From: Moraxella nasovis
GTDB lineage: Bacteria > Pseudomonadota > Gammaproteobacteria > Pseudomonadales > Moraxellaceae
DNA length: 32,000 nt
Reading direction: 5' to 3'
Assembly (NCBI RefSeq): GCF_022701215.1
Contig: NZ_CP089976.1
Coordinates: forward strand, 720,001-752,000
Part shown: piece by piece, positions 17,066 through 27,507 of the stretch
How the letters are laid out: every line of letters starts with the position of its first letter
How positions within the stretch are numbered: the stretch's first letter is position 1
Notes under the pieces: generated by a model
The model's input: the letters and a program-made list of their open reading frames with translations, nothing else
Told to the model about the DNA's origin: nothing
Database searches by the model: none
Position numbers and translations under genes: made by a program

Positions 17066-17236
17066 CATTTTTGGTTATCGTTTAGTGGCGACAGCTAAGA
17101 TTTACCGTTGTTTAATAAACATAACTTAAGGCGACAACGTTCACAAGTATACAAAAGCCCATAAGGTTGCTCACAACTAATCATTATTGCAATGTTAATC
17201 GGCTAACCACAACGACCATAGATTTTTACCATAATA

Positions 17237-17265
17237 AAAACCCCTTGCAAATAACAAGGGGTTTT
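17237..17265. terminator. Bidirectional rho-independent terminator between convergent ccmE and metQ
   Basis: AAAACCCCTTG-caaataa-CAAGGGGTTTT has an A tract on one side and a T tract on the other. Confidence 0.75.
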
Positions 17266-17280
17266 ATCAGTGCCAGCTGA

Positions 17281-18117
17281 TTACCAGCCTTTAACCACGC
17301 CATCTTTAAATTGCTTTTTCGCTTCTGCTTCTACTTCATCAGATTGGAAAGCTTTTACATAGTCTTGAACTGCTTTAGAATCTTTGTTATCAGCACGAGC
17401 AACGATGATATTGACATAAGGAGAATCCTTATCTTCAACGAACACACCATCATTAGCTGTTAGACCAACTTGGGCTGCATAGTTGTTGTTCACAACCGCT
17501 AAATCCACATCATCCAATGCACGAGCTGCAACTGAAGTATCCACTTCTTGGATTTTTAAATTTTTTGGGTTTTCAATGATGTCAATTGATGTTGAGAATA
17601 AATTGGTATTGTCTTTTAGCTTAATTAACCCTTGTTTCTCAAGCAAAATTAACGCACGAGCTAGGTTTGATGGATCGTTTGGTACAGCGATGGTTGCACC
17701 ATCTTGTAGCTCTGCTACTGTTTTAATCTTCTTAGAGTAACCAGCCAGTGGATATACAAAAGTATTACCCACGATTACTAGGTTATCAAGACTCTTCTCA
17801 GCGCTGTCTTTATCTAGGTATGGCTTATGCTGAAAAGCGTTCGCATCAAGCTCACCTTTAGATACTGCTGTGTTTGGTAACGCATAGTCATTAAATTCGG
17901 TGTATTCTACCACTAGACCATATTTTTCTTTAGCAATCTTTGCTGCCACTTCTGCTACTGCATGCTCAGGACCGCTCATTACGCCCACCTTTAGGACTTG
18001 GGCTTCTTCTGTTGCTGCAGGTGTTGCTGCTTGGTCAGCAGGCTTATCCCCACCACAGCCAGCAAGTGCGATACCAGACGCCAAAGCACAAACACCGAAA
18101 AATTTTGATAGTTTCAT
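17281..18117 (-). CDS. metQ: Methionine ABC transporter substrate-binding lipoprotein
   Basis: I start it at the Met giving MKLSKFFGVCALASGIALAGCGG, which has lipobox LAGC. The ORF-track start at 18183 would add 22 unlikely residues. The protein is NlpA/MetQ-like throughout. Confidence 0.88.
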   Translation of the reverse strand: MKLSKFFGVCALASGIALAGCGGDKPADQAATPAATEEAQVLKVGVMSGPEHAVAEVAAKIAKEKYGLVVEYTEFNDYALPNTAVSKGELDANAFQHKPYLDKDSAEKSLDNLVIVGNTFVYPLAGYSKKIKTVAELQDGATIAVPNDPSNLARALILLEKQGLIKLKDNTNLFSTSIDIIENPKNLKIQEVDTSVAARALDDVDLAVVNNNYAAQVGLTANDGVFVEDKDSPYVNIIVARADNKDSKAVQDYVKAFQSDEVEAEAKKQFKDGVVKGW

Positions 18118-18275
18118 AACATTCTCTCGTTTTAAGTGATAAAAAAAAGATGACGATTTCATAAAAACCGTCAGTAAATGCATATTAAAGCATAATTTAA
18201 ACCAAATAGAAATATTTTATTAACAAAATCACTCAATTTTTTCGTATAAAGCTTATTCCATTTTAGAATAAATAC

Positions 18276-18971
18276 TTAGCGATGGTCGTACTTTTGTGCT
18301 AATACGTCGCCAATTTTTTGGCAAATCATCACAAACGCCACGATGATAATGGTTGAAAGCCACTTAACATAGACCATGCCACGGTGTTCGCCATAACTGA
18401 TGGCAAGGTTACCAAGACCACCGCCACCAACCACGCCTGCCATTGCAGAATAACTGATAAGCGTAATCATCGTGATGGTGATGGCATTGATTAAAATTGG
18501 TAAACTTTCTGGCAAATAGTACTTAAATACCACTTGAGAGCGGGTCGCTCCCATGGATTTGGCAGCTTCGGTCAGCCCTGTTGGAATCTCGGTTAATGCG
18601 TTTGCCGTCAAGCGTGCAAAAAACGGAATCGCCGCCACGCTCAAAGGCACAATGGCAGCTGTCGTACCTAGACTTGTCCCCACTAAAAAGCGAGTAACAG
18701 GCAATAGGATAATTAATAAAATAATAAACGGAATGGATCGCCCAATATTAATAACCACATCAAGCAGCTCAAACATCGGTTTATTAGCAAGTAAGCGATC
18801 TTTACCAGTTAAGAATGCAAAAAACCCCATCGGCAGACCAAATAGCACCGAAATCAAAGTGGACATGATGCCCATATACACCGTTTCATAAGTGGATTTG
18901 GCGACCATTTGCCACATCTGCGGTGTCAGCTCAGCGATAAAGCCTTGATATAATTCATGCCACATAGCCAA
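18276..18971 (-). CDS. metI: Methionine ABC transporter permease
   Basis: This 231-aa multi-TM ORF has an EAA-like loop ([21 protein letters not shown]). Its start overlaps the metN stop. Confidence 0.9.
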   Translation of the reverse strand: MAMWHELYQGFIAELTPQMWQMVAKSTYETVYMGIMSTLISVLFGLPMGFFAFLTGKDRLLANKPMFELLDVVINIGRSIPFIILLIILLPVTRFLVGTSLGTTAAIVPLSVAAIPFFARLTANALTEIPTGLTEAAKSMGATRSQVVFKYYLPESLPILINAITITMITLISYSAMAGVVGGGGLGNLAISYGEHRGMVYVKWLSTIIIVAFVMICQKIGDVLAQKYDHR

Positions 18972-20004
18972 GCACCTCTGCTGTTACGCCATTTTCATAT
19001 AAAAATTTTCTCGCCTGCTGTGTCTTATCTACATCGCCTATCATCTCAGCAATGGTGAAGCCAAACTTAACCTCGCCTACATAGTCCATCTGCGACGTTA
19101 AAATATTAAACTCCACGCCATATTGCTTAGTCGCTTGAGAAAACAGCGGCATATCCACCGAATTGCCAGTAAAACCAAACTTCACGACAGGATAAGTTTG
19201 CATAGGCGTGGGCGTTTGGCTTAGCTTAGATAGATAAGCTTGTGGCAGACGAACGTGGAAAGTCGATCCGATGAACTGCTTTGCAAGTTCGGTCTGTGGA
19301 TTAGCAAAAAGCTCGCTCACTTTACCAGACTCAACCACCACACCCAGATCCATCACCGCAACCTTATCACAGATCTGCTTAACCACATCCATCTCATGGG
19401 TGATTAATAAGATGGTAATGCCAAGTTTGCGATTGATTTTTTTGAGTAAAGATAAAATCGCCTGAGTAGTCGCAGGGTCTAAGGCACTGGTCGCTTCATC
19501 ACAAAGTAGCACTTTTGGATCGCACGCTAAGGCACGAGCGATGGCAACACGCTGCTTTTGACCACCTGATAGATTAGCAGGATACACATGCTCTTTACCA
19601 TTAAGACCGACAAGCTCTATCAAACGAGACACCTTTTGATGGATAGTGTTTTTGGGCGTTTGGGAAAGCTCTAAAGGCAAAGCAATGTTATCAAACACGG
19701 TGCGAGAATGCAGCAGATTAAAATGCTGAAAAATCATGCCTATATGACGACGAGCCTCCACAAGTTCACGCTCACTAAGCGCGGTTAAATCCTGACCGCT
19801 TAGCATAACCTTGCCTGTTGTCGGACGCTCTAGCAAATTAATGCAGCGAATCAGTGTTGATTTACCTGCACCAGATGAGCCGATAATGCCAAATATCTCG
19901 CCTTGTTGCACACAAAGAGTAGTTGGATGAACAGCGGTAAATTGTGTGGTTTTACTATCTTTTTGGATGTTAAAGACCTTGCTTACATCGATAAGCTGTA
20001 TCAT
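18955..20004 (-). CDS. metN: Methionine ABC transporter ATP-binding protein with C-terminal NIL domain
   Basis: The protein is colinear with E. coli MetN from memory ([11 protein letters not shown]..., [48 protein letters not shown]). An alternative start lies at 20013. Confidence 0.9.
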   Translation of the reverse strand: MIQLIDVSKVFNIQKDSKTTQFTAVHPTTLCVQQGEIFGIIGSSGAGKSTLIRCINLLERPTTGKVMLSGQDLTALSERELVEARRHIGMIFQHFNLLHSRTVFDNIALPLELSQTPKNTIHQKVSRLIELVGLNGKEHVYPANLSGGQKQRVAIARALACDPKVLLCDEATSALDPATTQAILSLLKKINRKLGITILLITHEMDVVKQICDKVAVMDLGVVVESGKVSELFANPQTELAKQFIGSTFHVRLPQAYLSKLSQTPTPMQTYPVVKFGFTGNSVDMPLFSQATKQYGVEFNILTSQMDYVGEVKFGFTIAEMIGDVDKTQQARKFLYENGVTAEVLGYVA

Positions 20005-20042
20005 AGAATCCATGATGTTATCTAAATTATAAAAATAGTACT

Positions 20043-20071
20043 ATTATAACACATTCAAGCATCGCCACCAA
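20043..20071 (-). promoter_or_regulatory. Candidate promoter for metNIQ
   Basis: The minus strand reads TTGGTG-N17-TATAAT with an extended -10 TGt. It lies 30-60 nt upstream of metN. Confidence 0.35.
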
Positions 20072-20080
20072 CTTACACAT

Positions 20081-20110
20081 AAAAAAGCACTCGTGATGAG
20101 TGCTTTTTTA
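20081..20110 (-). terminator. Rho-independent terminator after ssb
   Basis: AAAAAAGCACTC-gtgat-GAGTGCTTTTTT has a 7-bp GC-containing stem flanked by A and T runs. Confidence 0.75.
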
Positions 20111-20126
20111 GGAAGTTACGATATTC

Positions 20127-20855
20127 TTAAAACGGCATATCATCATCTGACACGCTTGGGGCTGTGCCACTTGCTTGTGGTGGCGTGTCTGACTTGGGCG
20201 TACCGAATGCGTTTTTATCAGAGTATCCAGCATCCTCTTGAGATGCAAAGTTATTATAGTTACCTTGAGATTGCGAAGCTAAGCTGCGATCTGCAAAGCC
20301 ATTTTGTGGTGCAACGCTTGACTGCCCGCCATACTGATTGCCGTTTTGTGAAAACTGATTTTGGCTATTTTGGTTTGCATAACCGTTGTTATTTTGAAAG
20401 CCGTTGCCGCCATTTTGAAAACCAGAGTTTTGATTGGCATTTTGGTTGAAATTACGGTTTTGGTTGTTACCCCAGCTGCCATTTTGGTTGTTTTGAAAAC
20501 CGTTGCCACCATTATTATCGCCACTTGAGCTTAGCATACGCATTTCTGATGCACGAATCTCAGTGCTATAACGCTCTATGCCTTGATTATCGGTGTATTT
20601 ACGAGTGTTTAGACTGCCTTCAACATACACCATACTGCCTTTGCGTAAATACTGAGCAGCAATCTCACCAAGACGGTTAAATAAACTAATACGATGCCAC
20701 TCTGTCTGTTCACGACGCTCGCCAGTATTTTTATCTGTCCAGCGTTCACTAGTTGCGACACTGATGTTCGTCACGCCACCGCCATTTTGAAATTGGCGAA
20801 CTTCTGGATCATTCCCTAATCTACCGACAATAATTACTTTATTTACACTACTCAT
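20127..20855 (-). CDS. ssb: Single-stranded DNA-binding protein with an unusually long N/Q/G-rich linker
   Basis: The N-terminal OB fold reads [22 protein letters not shown]...[10 protein letters not shown] low-complexity linker of about 120 aa follows, then the acidic tip DDDMPF. Confidence 0.93.
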   Translation of the reverse strand: MSSVNKVIIVGRLGNDPEVRQFQNGGGVTNISVATSERWTDKNTGERREQTEWHRISLFNRLGEIAAQYLRKGSMVYVEGSLNTRKYTDNQGIERYSTEIRASEMRMLSSSGDNNGGNGFQNNQNGSWGNNQNRNFNQNANQNSGFQNGGNGFQNNNGYANQNSQNQFSQNGNQYGGQSSVAPQNGFADRSLASQSQGNYNNFASQEDAGYSDKNAFGTPKSDTPPQASGTAPSVSDDDMPF

Positions 20856-21064
20856 AAGATACTCTAATCACTTTAAAATGGGTACTAATTTTAGTTGATA
20901 AGCAAAAACCACTATTTTTTGCTTATATTCTACCTACTTTATCAAATTTTACAAAAATTACCACCAATTTTTATAAAAATCAGCTTTTGTCATGATGATT
21001 AGGCTTAGGACTGCTACGTCTTGGTATCAGTAGCAGTGCAACTACAAGGGAAAATTTAATCAAT

Positions 21065-23953
21065 TTAGACATCTGACTTACCTTGTTCTAAGACCAACTT
21101 TAAAAATCTACCTGTGTGCGATCGTTCGTCACTTGCCACATCTTCTGGCGTACCAAAAGCAACGATTTTTCCGCCACCACTACCACCTTCATAGCCCAGA
21201 TCCACCACCCAATCAGCCGTCTTAATCACGTCTAAATTATGCTCAATCACCACCACCGTATTACCACGATCCCTTAAGGTGTGTAGGATTTTTAGTAGCT
21301 TATCAATGTCAGCAAAATGCAGACCTGTGGTTGGCTCATCTAAAATGTATAAGGTCTTACCTGTGTCTCGCTTGGATAACTCTTTTGCTAATTTCACCCT
21401 TTGGGCTTCACCGCCTGATAATGTCGTAGCAGACTGACCAAGCTTAATGTAGTCTAACCCAACCTCAGATAAGGCTTGCACTCTTCGGTAAATGGCGGGA
21501 ATGTTCTCAAAAAACACCATCGCCTCTTCAACCGTCATCTCAAGCACATCCGAGATGGATTTGCCTTTATAGTGAACTTCTAAAGTCTCACGGTTATAAC
21601 GCTTGCCATGACAAGCATCACACGGCACATACATATCAGGCAAAAAGTGCATCTCAACCTTAATCAAGCCATCACCTTGGCAGACCTCACAGCGTCCGCC
21701 CTTGACATTAAAACTAAATCGTCCCGCCTGATAACCCCTTGCTCTTGCCTCTGGCGTCTGCGTAAATAAGTCTCTAATCAATGTGAAAACACCTGTATAA
21801 GTGGCAGGATTACTGCGTGGCGTCCTTCCAATGGGACTTTGGTCGATATCCACCATCTTATCTAGGTGTTCAAGCCCTGTAATTTTATCGTGTTTTTCAG
21901 CAATAAGTGTCGTAGCATTGTTTAGTGTTGTTGCCGCAAGTGGCATCAAGGTGCGGTTAATCAGTGTACTCTTACCAGACCCTGACACACCTGTAACACA
22001 CGTCATTACCCCAATCGGAATAGATAAATTGACATTTTTTAGATTATTGCCATTAGCACCTTCTAAATGGATGAACAGCGGTTCTTGTAGTGTTTTTTTA
22101 CCCTTTTTAACTTCGATGGTTTTTGGGGTATGGCGGATTTTAGGAATTTCAATTTTGCGTTTTCCTGATAAGTACTGCCCTGTTAAGGAATCTTTATTTT
22201 TAGCAATTTGGCTTGCAGTGCCTTGTGCAATCACTCGACCGCCATGCACGCCTGCCCCCACGCCAATATCAATAACGTGGTCAGCTGTGCGGATTGCATC
22301 TTCATCATGCTCAACGACAATCACTGTATTGCCAAGATCACGCAGATATGTCAAAGTAGATAACAGGCGGTCGTTATCTCGCTGGTGCAGACCGATTGAT
22401 GGCTCATCTAGTACATACATCACACCCATAAGCCCTGCTCCGATTTGGCTTGCCAAGCGAATCCGCTGAGCCTCGCCTCCTGATAGCGTCTCAGCAGAGC
22501 GTGCCAGCGTCAGATAGTCAAGACCAACTTTCACCAAAAACCCAAGTCTTTCACGAATTTCTTTGAATATCTTATCCGCCACTTCGCCTTTATGACCGCC
22601 GATGGTGAGTTTCTCATAATATTGCCAAATCTCACCAATCGGCTGATGTATGATATCGCCAATCACTCGATTATCAACTTGCACATGACGAGCGATGTCA
22701 TTTAAACGAACGCCATCACAGACATTACAGGTGGTGTCTGATAGATACCGCGCCAGTTCATCACGCACAAGGTTACTCGTTGTGGATTGATAACGACGCT
22801 CTAGATAAGGTAAAATCCCCTCAAAAGGCGTATTTTTATTGGTCTTACGTCCACGCTCATCGGTGAATTGAAAGTTAATCTTTTCTTTTGCTGAACCATT
22901 TAAAATGATGTTTTGGTGCTTTTTATCCAACGCTTGCCATGGTGTGTCCATATCGATGCCAAAATGCGCGCAAACGGTTGTCAATAATCCAAAGTAATAC
23001 GCATGGCGTTTATCCCAGCCATGGATTGCCCCCTGATTTAGGGATTTTTGTGGCTCGTGAATCAGACGCTCTGCACTAAAATACTGACGCTTACCTAAGC
23101 CGTCGCACGAAGGACATGCCCCAAACGGATTGTTAAAGCTAAATAACCTTGGCTCAAGCTCAGCCACTGCTCTATCGCACACAGGACAAGAATGCTTGGC
23201 AGATAAGATTTGCTCATCTGCAGTATCCATCAGATGAATGATTGCCAAATCTGAACCCAATCTTAAGGCAGTCTCTAAACTCTCAGCAACCCGATTACCC
23301 AAATCTTCACGCACTTTAAACCGATCCACCACTACATCGATGGTGTGCTTTTTGTTTTTTTCTAAGCTTGGCAATTCATCAATATCGTAAATTATACCAT
23401 CAATACGCACCTTAGTAAAACCTTGGGCAGACAGCTGATCGAGTAAAGCCAAATGCTCGCCTTTGCGTTCACGCACCACAGGGGCTAAAATCATCAGCTT
23501 TGTGCCTTCAGGTCTTGCCATCACTTCATCGACCATCTGCGATACCGTCTGAGCTACCATAGGCTCGCCATGCTCAGGGCAATATGGCACACCCACCCGA
23601 GCAAACAAAAGCCTTAGATAATCGTACACTTCTGTGATTGTGCCGACGGTTGAGCGGGGGTTGTGGTTGGTGGATTTTTGTTCAATGGCAATCGCTGGTG
23701 ATAAGCCTTCAATGCTATCTACATCAGGCTTTTGCATCTGACTAAGAAACTGGCGAGCATAGGCAGATAAGCTCTCCACATAGCGACGCTGACCTTCTGC
23801 ATACAGCGTATCAAAGGCAAGCGACGACTTGCCCGACCCTGACAGACCTGTAATGACCACAAACTGGTTACGGGGGATATCCACATCAATATTCTTTAGA
23901 TTATGTGTTCTTGCCCCTTTGATACTAATGTGCTTATGCATAAACTCGCTCAT
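21065..23953 (-). CDS. uvrA: Excinuclease ABC subunit A
   Basis: This 962-aa ORF has [16 protein letters not shown], two ABC modules ([28 protein letters not shown] twice) and zinc-finger CxxC pairs. Confidence 0.96.
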   Translation of the reverse strand: MSEFMHKHISIKGARTHNLKNIDVDIPRNQFVVITGLSGSGKSSLAFDTLYAEGQRRYVESLSAYARQFLSQMQKPDVDSIEGLSPAIAIEQKSTNHNPRSTVGTITEVYDYLRLLFARVGVPYCPEHGEPMVAQTVSQMVDEVMARPEGTKLMILAPVVRERKGEHLALLDQLSAQGFTKVRIDGIIYDIDELPSLEKNKKHTIDVVVDRFKVREDLGNRVAESLETALRLGSDLAIIHLMDTADEQILSAKHSCPVCDRAVAELEPRLFSFNNPFGACPSCDGLGKRQYFSAERLIHEPQKSLNQGAIHGWDKRHAYYFGLLTTVCAHFGIDMDTPWQALDKKHQNIILNGSAKEKINFQFTDERGRKTNKNTPFEGILPYLERRYQSTTSNLVRDELARYLSDTTCNVCDGVRLNDIARHVQVDNRVIGDIIHQPIGEIWQYYEKLTIGGHKGEVADKIFKEIRERLGFLVKVGLDYLTLARSAETLSGGEAQRIRLASQIGAGLMGVMYVLDEPSIGLHQRDNDRLLSTLTYLRDLGNTVIVVEHDEDAIRTADHVIDIGVGAGVHGGRVIAQGTASQIAKNKDSLTGQYLSGKRKIEIPKIRHTPKTIEVKKGKKTLQEPLFIHLEGANGNNLKNVNLSIPIGVMTCVTGVSGSGKSTLINRTLMPLAATTLNNATTLIAEKHDKITGLEHLDKMVDIDQSPIGRTPRSNPATYTGVFTLIRDLFTQTPEARARGYQAGRFSFNVKGGRCEVCQGDGLIKVEMHFLPDMYVPCDACHGKRYNRETLEVHYKGKSISDVLEMTVEEAMVFFENIPAIYRRVQALSEVGLDYIKLGQSATTLSGGEAQRVKLAKELSKRDTGKTLYILDEPTTGLHFADIDKLLKILHTLRDRGNTVVVIEHNLDVIKTADWVVDLGYEGGSGGGKIVAFGTPEDVASDERSHTGRFLKLVLEQGKSDV

Positions 23954-24138
23954 TGATTTATCCGTATAATTTTTAGTCTAAATGGGGGTGATTTGCTCGT
24001 TTTAAAGGTAAAATGTGCTTGCTCTTTTGATAATGTGGCTTTTATCATAATCTGTCAAATGTCAGTAGCGATATACCAATCAGATGCAATCTGTCACAAC
24101 CCAAGTTATAATACCCAAAACCAACACGATAAACGACC

Positions 24139-24783
24139 ATGAATCAGACCATTCGTGCCTATTTAGGTGGCAGCTTTGACCCCATACATTTGGGGCATTT
24201 ACAAATGGCAGCAACCGTCTTTGACACGCTTAAGCGACATCGCCCCACCTGTGACATTCATGTTTATCTACTGCCCACTGCTGGTAATCCTTTTAAGTCA
24301 CAACCCACATCAGATAAGCACCGCACTGCCATGCTACAACTTGCCGCAGCTGGCACACCGATTGGCATTGATACTTTTGAGCTGTCTGTGCCACCACCTG
24401 TATTTACCATTGATACCGTTAAGCATTTAGCCCATCAGCACCCTAATGATCGGCGAATTTTTATCGTGGGGCAAGACAGCCTGCACGCTTTGCCGACATG
24501 GAAATCTGGCGACAAGATTTTAGATTTTGTGAATATTTGGGCATTTCACAGATCTAACCTATCAGAGCCACTACCGCCAAGCTTAAGCCCTCTCATCACC
24601 GACAGTTTAAGCAAATTTTTGGATAAATCGCATCAGATTTACCAAGATACAACACCCATTATAGCGACATCATCAAGCCAAATACGCTCCATGCTGGCAA
24701 ATAACAACCCAAAAGCTGAACAGTTTTTATCAGTAAACGTTGCAAACTACATCAAAAACCACGCACTTTATGTAAAGTTATGA
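24139..24783 (+). CDS. nadD: Nicotinate-nucleotide adenylyltransferase
   Basis: This 214-aa ORF has the GGSFDPIHLGHL nucleotidyltransferase motif and lies upstream of rsfS, as in many bacteria. Confidence 0.85.
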   Translation: MNQTIRAYLGGSFDPIHLGHLQMAATVFDTLKRHRPTCDIHVYLLPTAGNPFKSQPTSDKHRTAMLQLAAAGTPIGIDTFELSVPPPVFTIDTVKHLAHQHPNDRRIFIVGQDSLHALPTWKSGDKILDFVNIWAFHRSNLSEPLPPSLSPLITDSLSKFLDKSHQIYQDTTPIIATSSSQIRSMLANNNPKAEQFLSVNVANYIKNHALYVKL

Positions 24784-24819
24784 TAGAATAATAAGTTATT
24801 TTAATTAAGTAAAACTATT

Positions 24820-25194
24820 ATGACAAATACCAATAATCTATCATTGGATGCTCAAGTAGCACTCGTTGTTAATGCGTTAGACGACCTAAAGGCTAAACAA
24901 ATCACCGTAATGAGCGTCGATCATTTAACCGAGATTGCTGAACGCATCATCATCGCTAACGCCACCAGTAAACGCCACGTTAAGGCACTGGCTGACAAGC
25001 TTGGTGCAGCCGCCAAAGAACAAGGGCTTATGCCACTTGGCCGTGAGGGCGATAAAGATAGCGACTGGACGCTTGTGGATTTAGGTGCGGTAGTAGCACA
25101 CATCATGACTCCCCAAGCTCGTGAATTTTACGACTTAGAAGGCTTATGGTCATCACCTGACGCCCTAAGAGCATTAGCTGTTAAACAAGAATAA
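24820..25194 (+). CDS. rsfS: Ribosome silencing factor (Iojap/YbeB family)
   Basis: This 124-aa ORF has DLKAKQITVMSV...IIANATSKRHVKALAD...DWTLVDLGAVVAHIMTPQAREFYDLEGLW and conserved nadD-rsfS synteny. Confidence 0.9.
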   Translation: MTNTNNLSLDAQVALVVNALDDLKAKQITVMSVDHLTEIAERIIIANATSKRHVKALADKLGAAAKEQGLMPLGREGDKDSDWTLVDLGAVVAHIMTPQAREFYDLEGLWSSPDALRALAVKQE

Positions 25195-25411
25195 CCCAAA
25201 TACAGTTAGGTGTTTTTTATCGTGTCTACTGATGATAAAATTACACGCCTAGCCAAATTTTTACGTCCATTTACCACTTAGGTCTATATCTTAGGTCATC
25301 TAGGAAGACATAAAGCGGCTTTTTGGTTGCTAAATTTAAGATAAAACCAAGTACGCTTAAGCTAAACGGACACTTAGCACCATCAACCCACTAACTTAGG
25401 TTTTGATTATC

Positions 25412-26440
25412 ATGAATCATCTTAGCCATTCTTTTGCCTCTGATAACTACTCTGGCATACACCCCACCATCTTACAAGCCATCAGTGACGCCAACTGCGG
25501 ACATGATTATGCCTACGGAACAGATGCGTGGACAGACAAGCTAAACGACTTAGTCAAACAGCACTTCGGCAAAGGCACAGCTTATCCTGTCTTTAACGGC
25601 ACAGGGGCAAACATCACCGCACTGACTGCCATGCTCCCAAGATTTGGGGCGGTGATTTGTACAGATAAGGGGCATATCTATAATGATGAAAGTAACGCCC
25701 CCGAGTGCGTTGGTGGCTTTAGAATGTTCACCATACCAACCGAAGATGGCAAGCTAACCCCTGAACTCATTGACACTCAGGCTTATGGCTTTGGTAAAGA
25801 GCATCGCTCACAACCTGCGATTGTCCATCTTGCTATGACGACCGAAGTTGGGACGTGTTATAGTCTTGATGAGCTGCGTGCCATTGTGGCACACGCCAAA
25901 AAACTTGGGCTATACACCTATATTGATGGAGCTCGACTCTCTAATGCCTGTGCTTATCTAAATTGCACCCTAAAAGACATCGCCGATACAGGTGTGGATA
26001 TGCTCTCACTTGGCGGAACAAAAAACGGACTTATGCTCGGTGAGTGCATCGTGGTGCTAAACGATGAGTTTGATGCCAACATGAAATACATGCGTAAAAT
26101 GACCATGCAATTAAGCTCAAAAATGCGTTTCATCTCCGCTCAGTTTGTCACTTGGCTAGAAAGTGGGTTATGGCTTGAGCTTGCCAAGCATAGCAACGAA
26201 ATGGCACGTCACTTGGCAAATCAGATTCAAAACTTAGATGGCGTTACCATCACCCAAAAAGTGCAGTCTAATGCTGTATTTGTCATCTTACCCAAGCAAA
26301 CCGTCGCAAAACTGCACGAAGATTTTTATTTTTATGATTGGAATGAATTTACTGGCGAGATTCGCTTGATGATGGGCTTTGATACAACAATCGCCCAAGT
26401 AGATGAGCTTGCCAACAAAATAAAAGCCTATCTGCCATAA
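25412..26440 (+). CDS. ltaE: Threonine aldolase family (beta-eliminating lyase fold) PLP enzyme
   Basis: I start it at the ATG at 25412 (MNHLSHSFASDNYSGIHP...). FNGTGANITAL and LSLGGTKNGLMLGE (PLP Lys region) are typical of low-specificity threonine aldolases. Confidence 0.78.
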   Translation: MNHLSHSFASDNYSGIHPTILQAISDANCGHDYAYGTDAWTDKLNDLVKQHFGKGTAYPVFNGTGANITALTAMLPRFGAVICTDKGHIYNDESNAPECVGGFRMFTIPTEDGKLTPELIDTQAYGFGKEHRSQPAIVHLAMTTEVGTCYSLDELRAIVAHAKKLGLYTYIDGARLSNACAYLNCTLKDIADTGVDMLSLGGTKNGLMLGECIVVLNDEFDANMKYMRKMTMQLSSKMRFISAQFVTWLESGLWLELAKHSNEMARHLANQIQNLDGVTITQKVQSNAVFVILPKQTVAKLHEDFYFYDWNEFTGEIRLMMGFDTTIAQVDELANKIKAYLP

Positions 26441-26460
26441 GTGACGCTTAATATCACGCC

Positions 26461-26583
26461 ATGAATATAGCCGACTTTGACCGCACCCATCTTTGGCACC
26501 CTTATGCCAGCCTACCGCCTGCTTATGATAATCTTGTGGTCAGCCATGCTGATGGCGTGTGTCTTTATTTGCCAGCTGCCTAG
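26461..26583 (+). pseudogene. Truncated 5' fragment of a bioA allele (40 codons plus TAG)
   Basis: It translates to MNIADFDRTHLWHPYASLPPAYDNLVVSHADGVCLYLPAA*. Positions 26474-26571 match 27530-27627 of the intact bioA at 97 of 98 positions. The fragment has its own different start region 20 nt after the ltaE stop. Confidence 0.85.
26474..26571 (+). repeat. Left copy of a 98-bp direct repeat (bioA codons about 8-40)
   Basis: By hand alignment it is identical to 27530-27627 except for one mismatch (26562 T versus 27618 C). The offset is 1056 bp. Confidence 0.95.
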
Positions 26584-26790
26584 CTTGGCAAAAAGCTGAG
26601 TGCCAAAGCCAAAGCATCGGGGCTTATGCCACTTGGGCGTGAAGGCGACAAAGACAGCGATTGGACTTGGGTAGACCTAGGGGCGGTGGTCGTGCATATC
26701 ATGACACCGCAGGCTCGTGAATTTTATGATTTAGAAGGTCTGTGGTCATCACCAGAAGCCTTGCGAGCATTGGCAATACAAAAGGCGTAA
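26584..26790 (+). pseudogene. 3' fragment of a divergent rsfS copy
   Basis: It translates to LGKKLSAKAKASGLMPLGREGDKDSDWTWVDLGAVVVHIMTPQAREFYDLEGLWSSPEALRALAIQKA*. This parallels residues about 57-124 of the intact rsfS. It is in the same frame as the preceding bioA fragment, separated only by the TAG at 26581-26583. It lacks the 5' half of the gene. Confidence 0.85.
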
Positions 26791-26825
26791 ATTTATAGTT
26801 GTTTTTAATCTAAGGACATATCGAC

Positions 26826-27365
26826 ATGGATTATCACATGAAAGCTATCGGCACAAAATTATCTCTTGCATTTGGCGGTTTACTTTTGGTAAATGCTAGT
26901 GCTATTGCCAACGACCAAACAAAGGTTGATACGATCAAAAAAATATATCAGCGTGCAATTGATTGTAATGATAGCTCGATTTGTGGTGATAATCCTATTT
27001 GGTCTTATCTTGATGATAGCCTACGCTCTGCTGTTAAGCACGCCTATGAGAATAAAGACTTGGGGGATATCTCAGGAGACCCTTTCCATCCATGTACTGA
27101 TTGGGGATTTGGTGATAATGCCCTATTAGGCTGGTCGCAAGATTCGCCACTTGGTGGTTTTAAGATGAATCAGTTTCAATTTTCAATCCTTAAAAATGGC
27201 GATGTTCGTGCCAAATTTAAAGACATCGTAAATAAGAGACAAAACTTCCCTAGTTTTTTTGTAGATATTAAACTATCTGAGTTTGGCAATACTTATAAAA
27301 TATCTGATATTATTAGTCATGGCGACAGCTTTAAAGACCATCTTAATCAATGCCATTTGTACTAG
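26826..27365 (+). CDS. Hypothetical secreted protein (179 aa, 5 Cys in the mature part)
   Basis: AAGGA lies 9 nt upstream of the ATG. The Sec-type signal is MDYHMKAIGTKLSLAFGGLLLVNASAIA|NDQ. The gene is followed by its own terminator. It looks more A+T-rich than its neighbours by eye. I do not recognise a family. Confidence 0.65.
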   Translation: MDYHMKAIGTKLSLAFGGLLLVNASAIANDQTKVDTIKKIYQRAIDCNDSSICGDNPIWSYLDDSLRSAVKHAYENKDLGDISGDPFHPCTDWGFGDNALLGWSQDSPLGGFKMNQFQFSILKNGDVRAKFKDIVNKRQNFPSFFVDIKLSEFGNTYKISDIISHGDSFKDHLNQCHLY

Positions 27366-27417
27366 TATCATTCATACAAATATACCGATATTGCCAATTG
27401 CCAAACCACTCATTACC

Positions 27418-27445
27418 AACCACTCTTTTGGGTGGTTTTTATTTG
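27418..27445 (+). terminator. Rho-independent terminator after the 179-aa gene
   Basis: AACCACTC-tttt-GGGTGGTT has one G.U pair and is followed by TTTATTT. Confidence 0.6.
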
Positions 27446-27507
27446 CCTGATTGACAATAACTATTTATAATACCACAAATACCCATCATGATTTTTGGAA
27501 TAAATAA

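Noticed and set aside
18118-18275. The long A+T-rich metI-metQ spacer contains a weak hairpin (TGACG-N13-CGTCA followed by a T run), considered as an internal terminator.
   Set aside because: The stem is only 5 bp with a 13-nt loop, which is too weak to call. metQ may simply have an additional internal promoter.
21801-22469. A 222-aa plus-strand ORF lies inside uvrA.
   Set aside because: It is antisense to an unambiguous uvrA reading frame.
27451-27471. TTGACA and TATAAT hexamers upstream of bioA, considered as a promoter or as a BirA operator.
   Set aside because: The hexamers are only 9 nt apart, so they cannot form one sigma-70 promoter. I could not find the expected long palindrome of a BirA operator.
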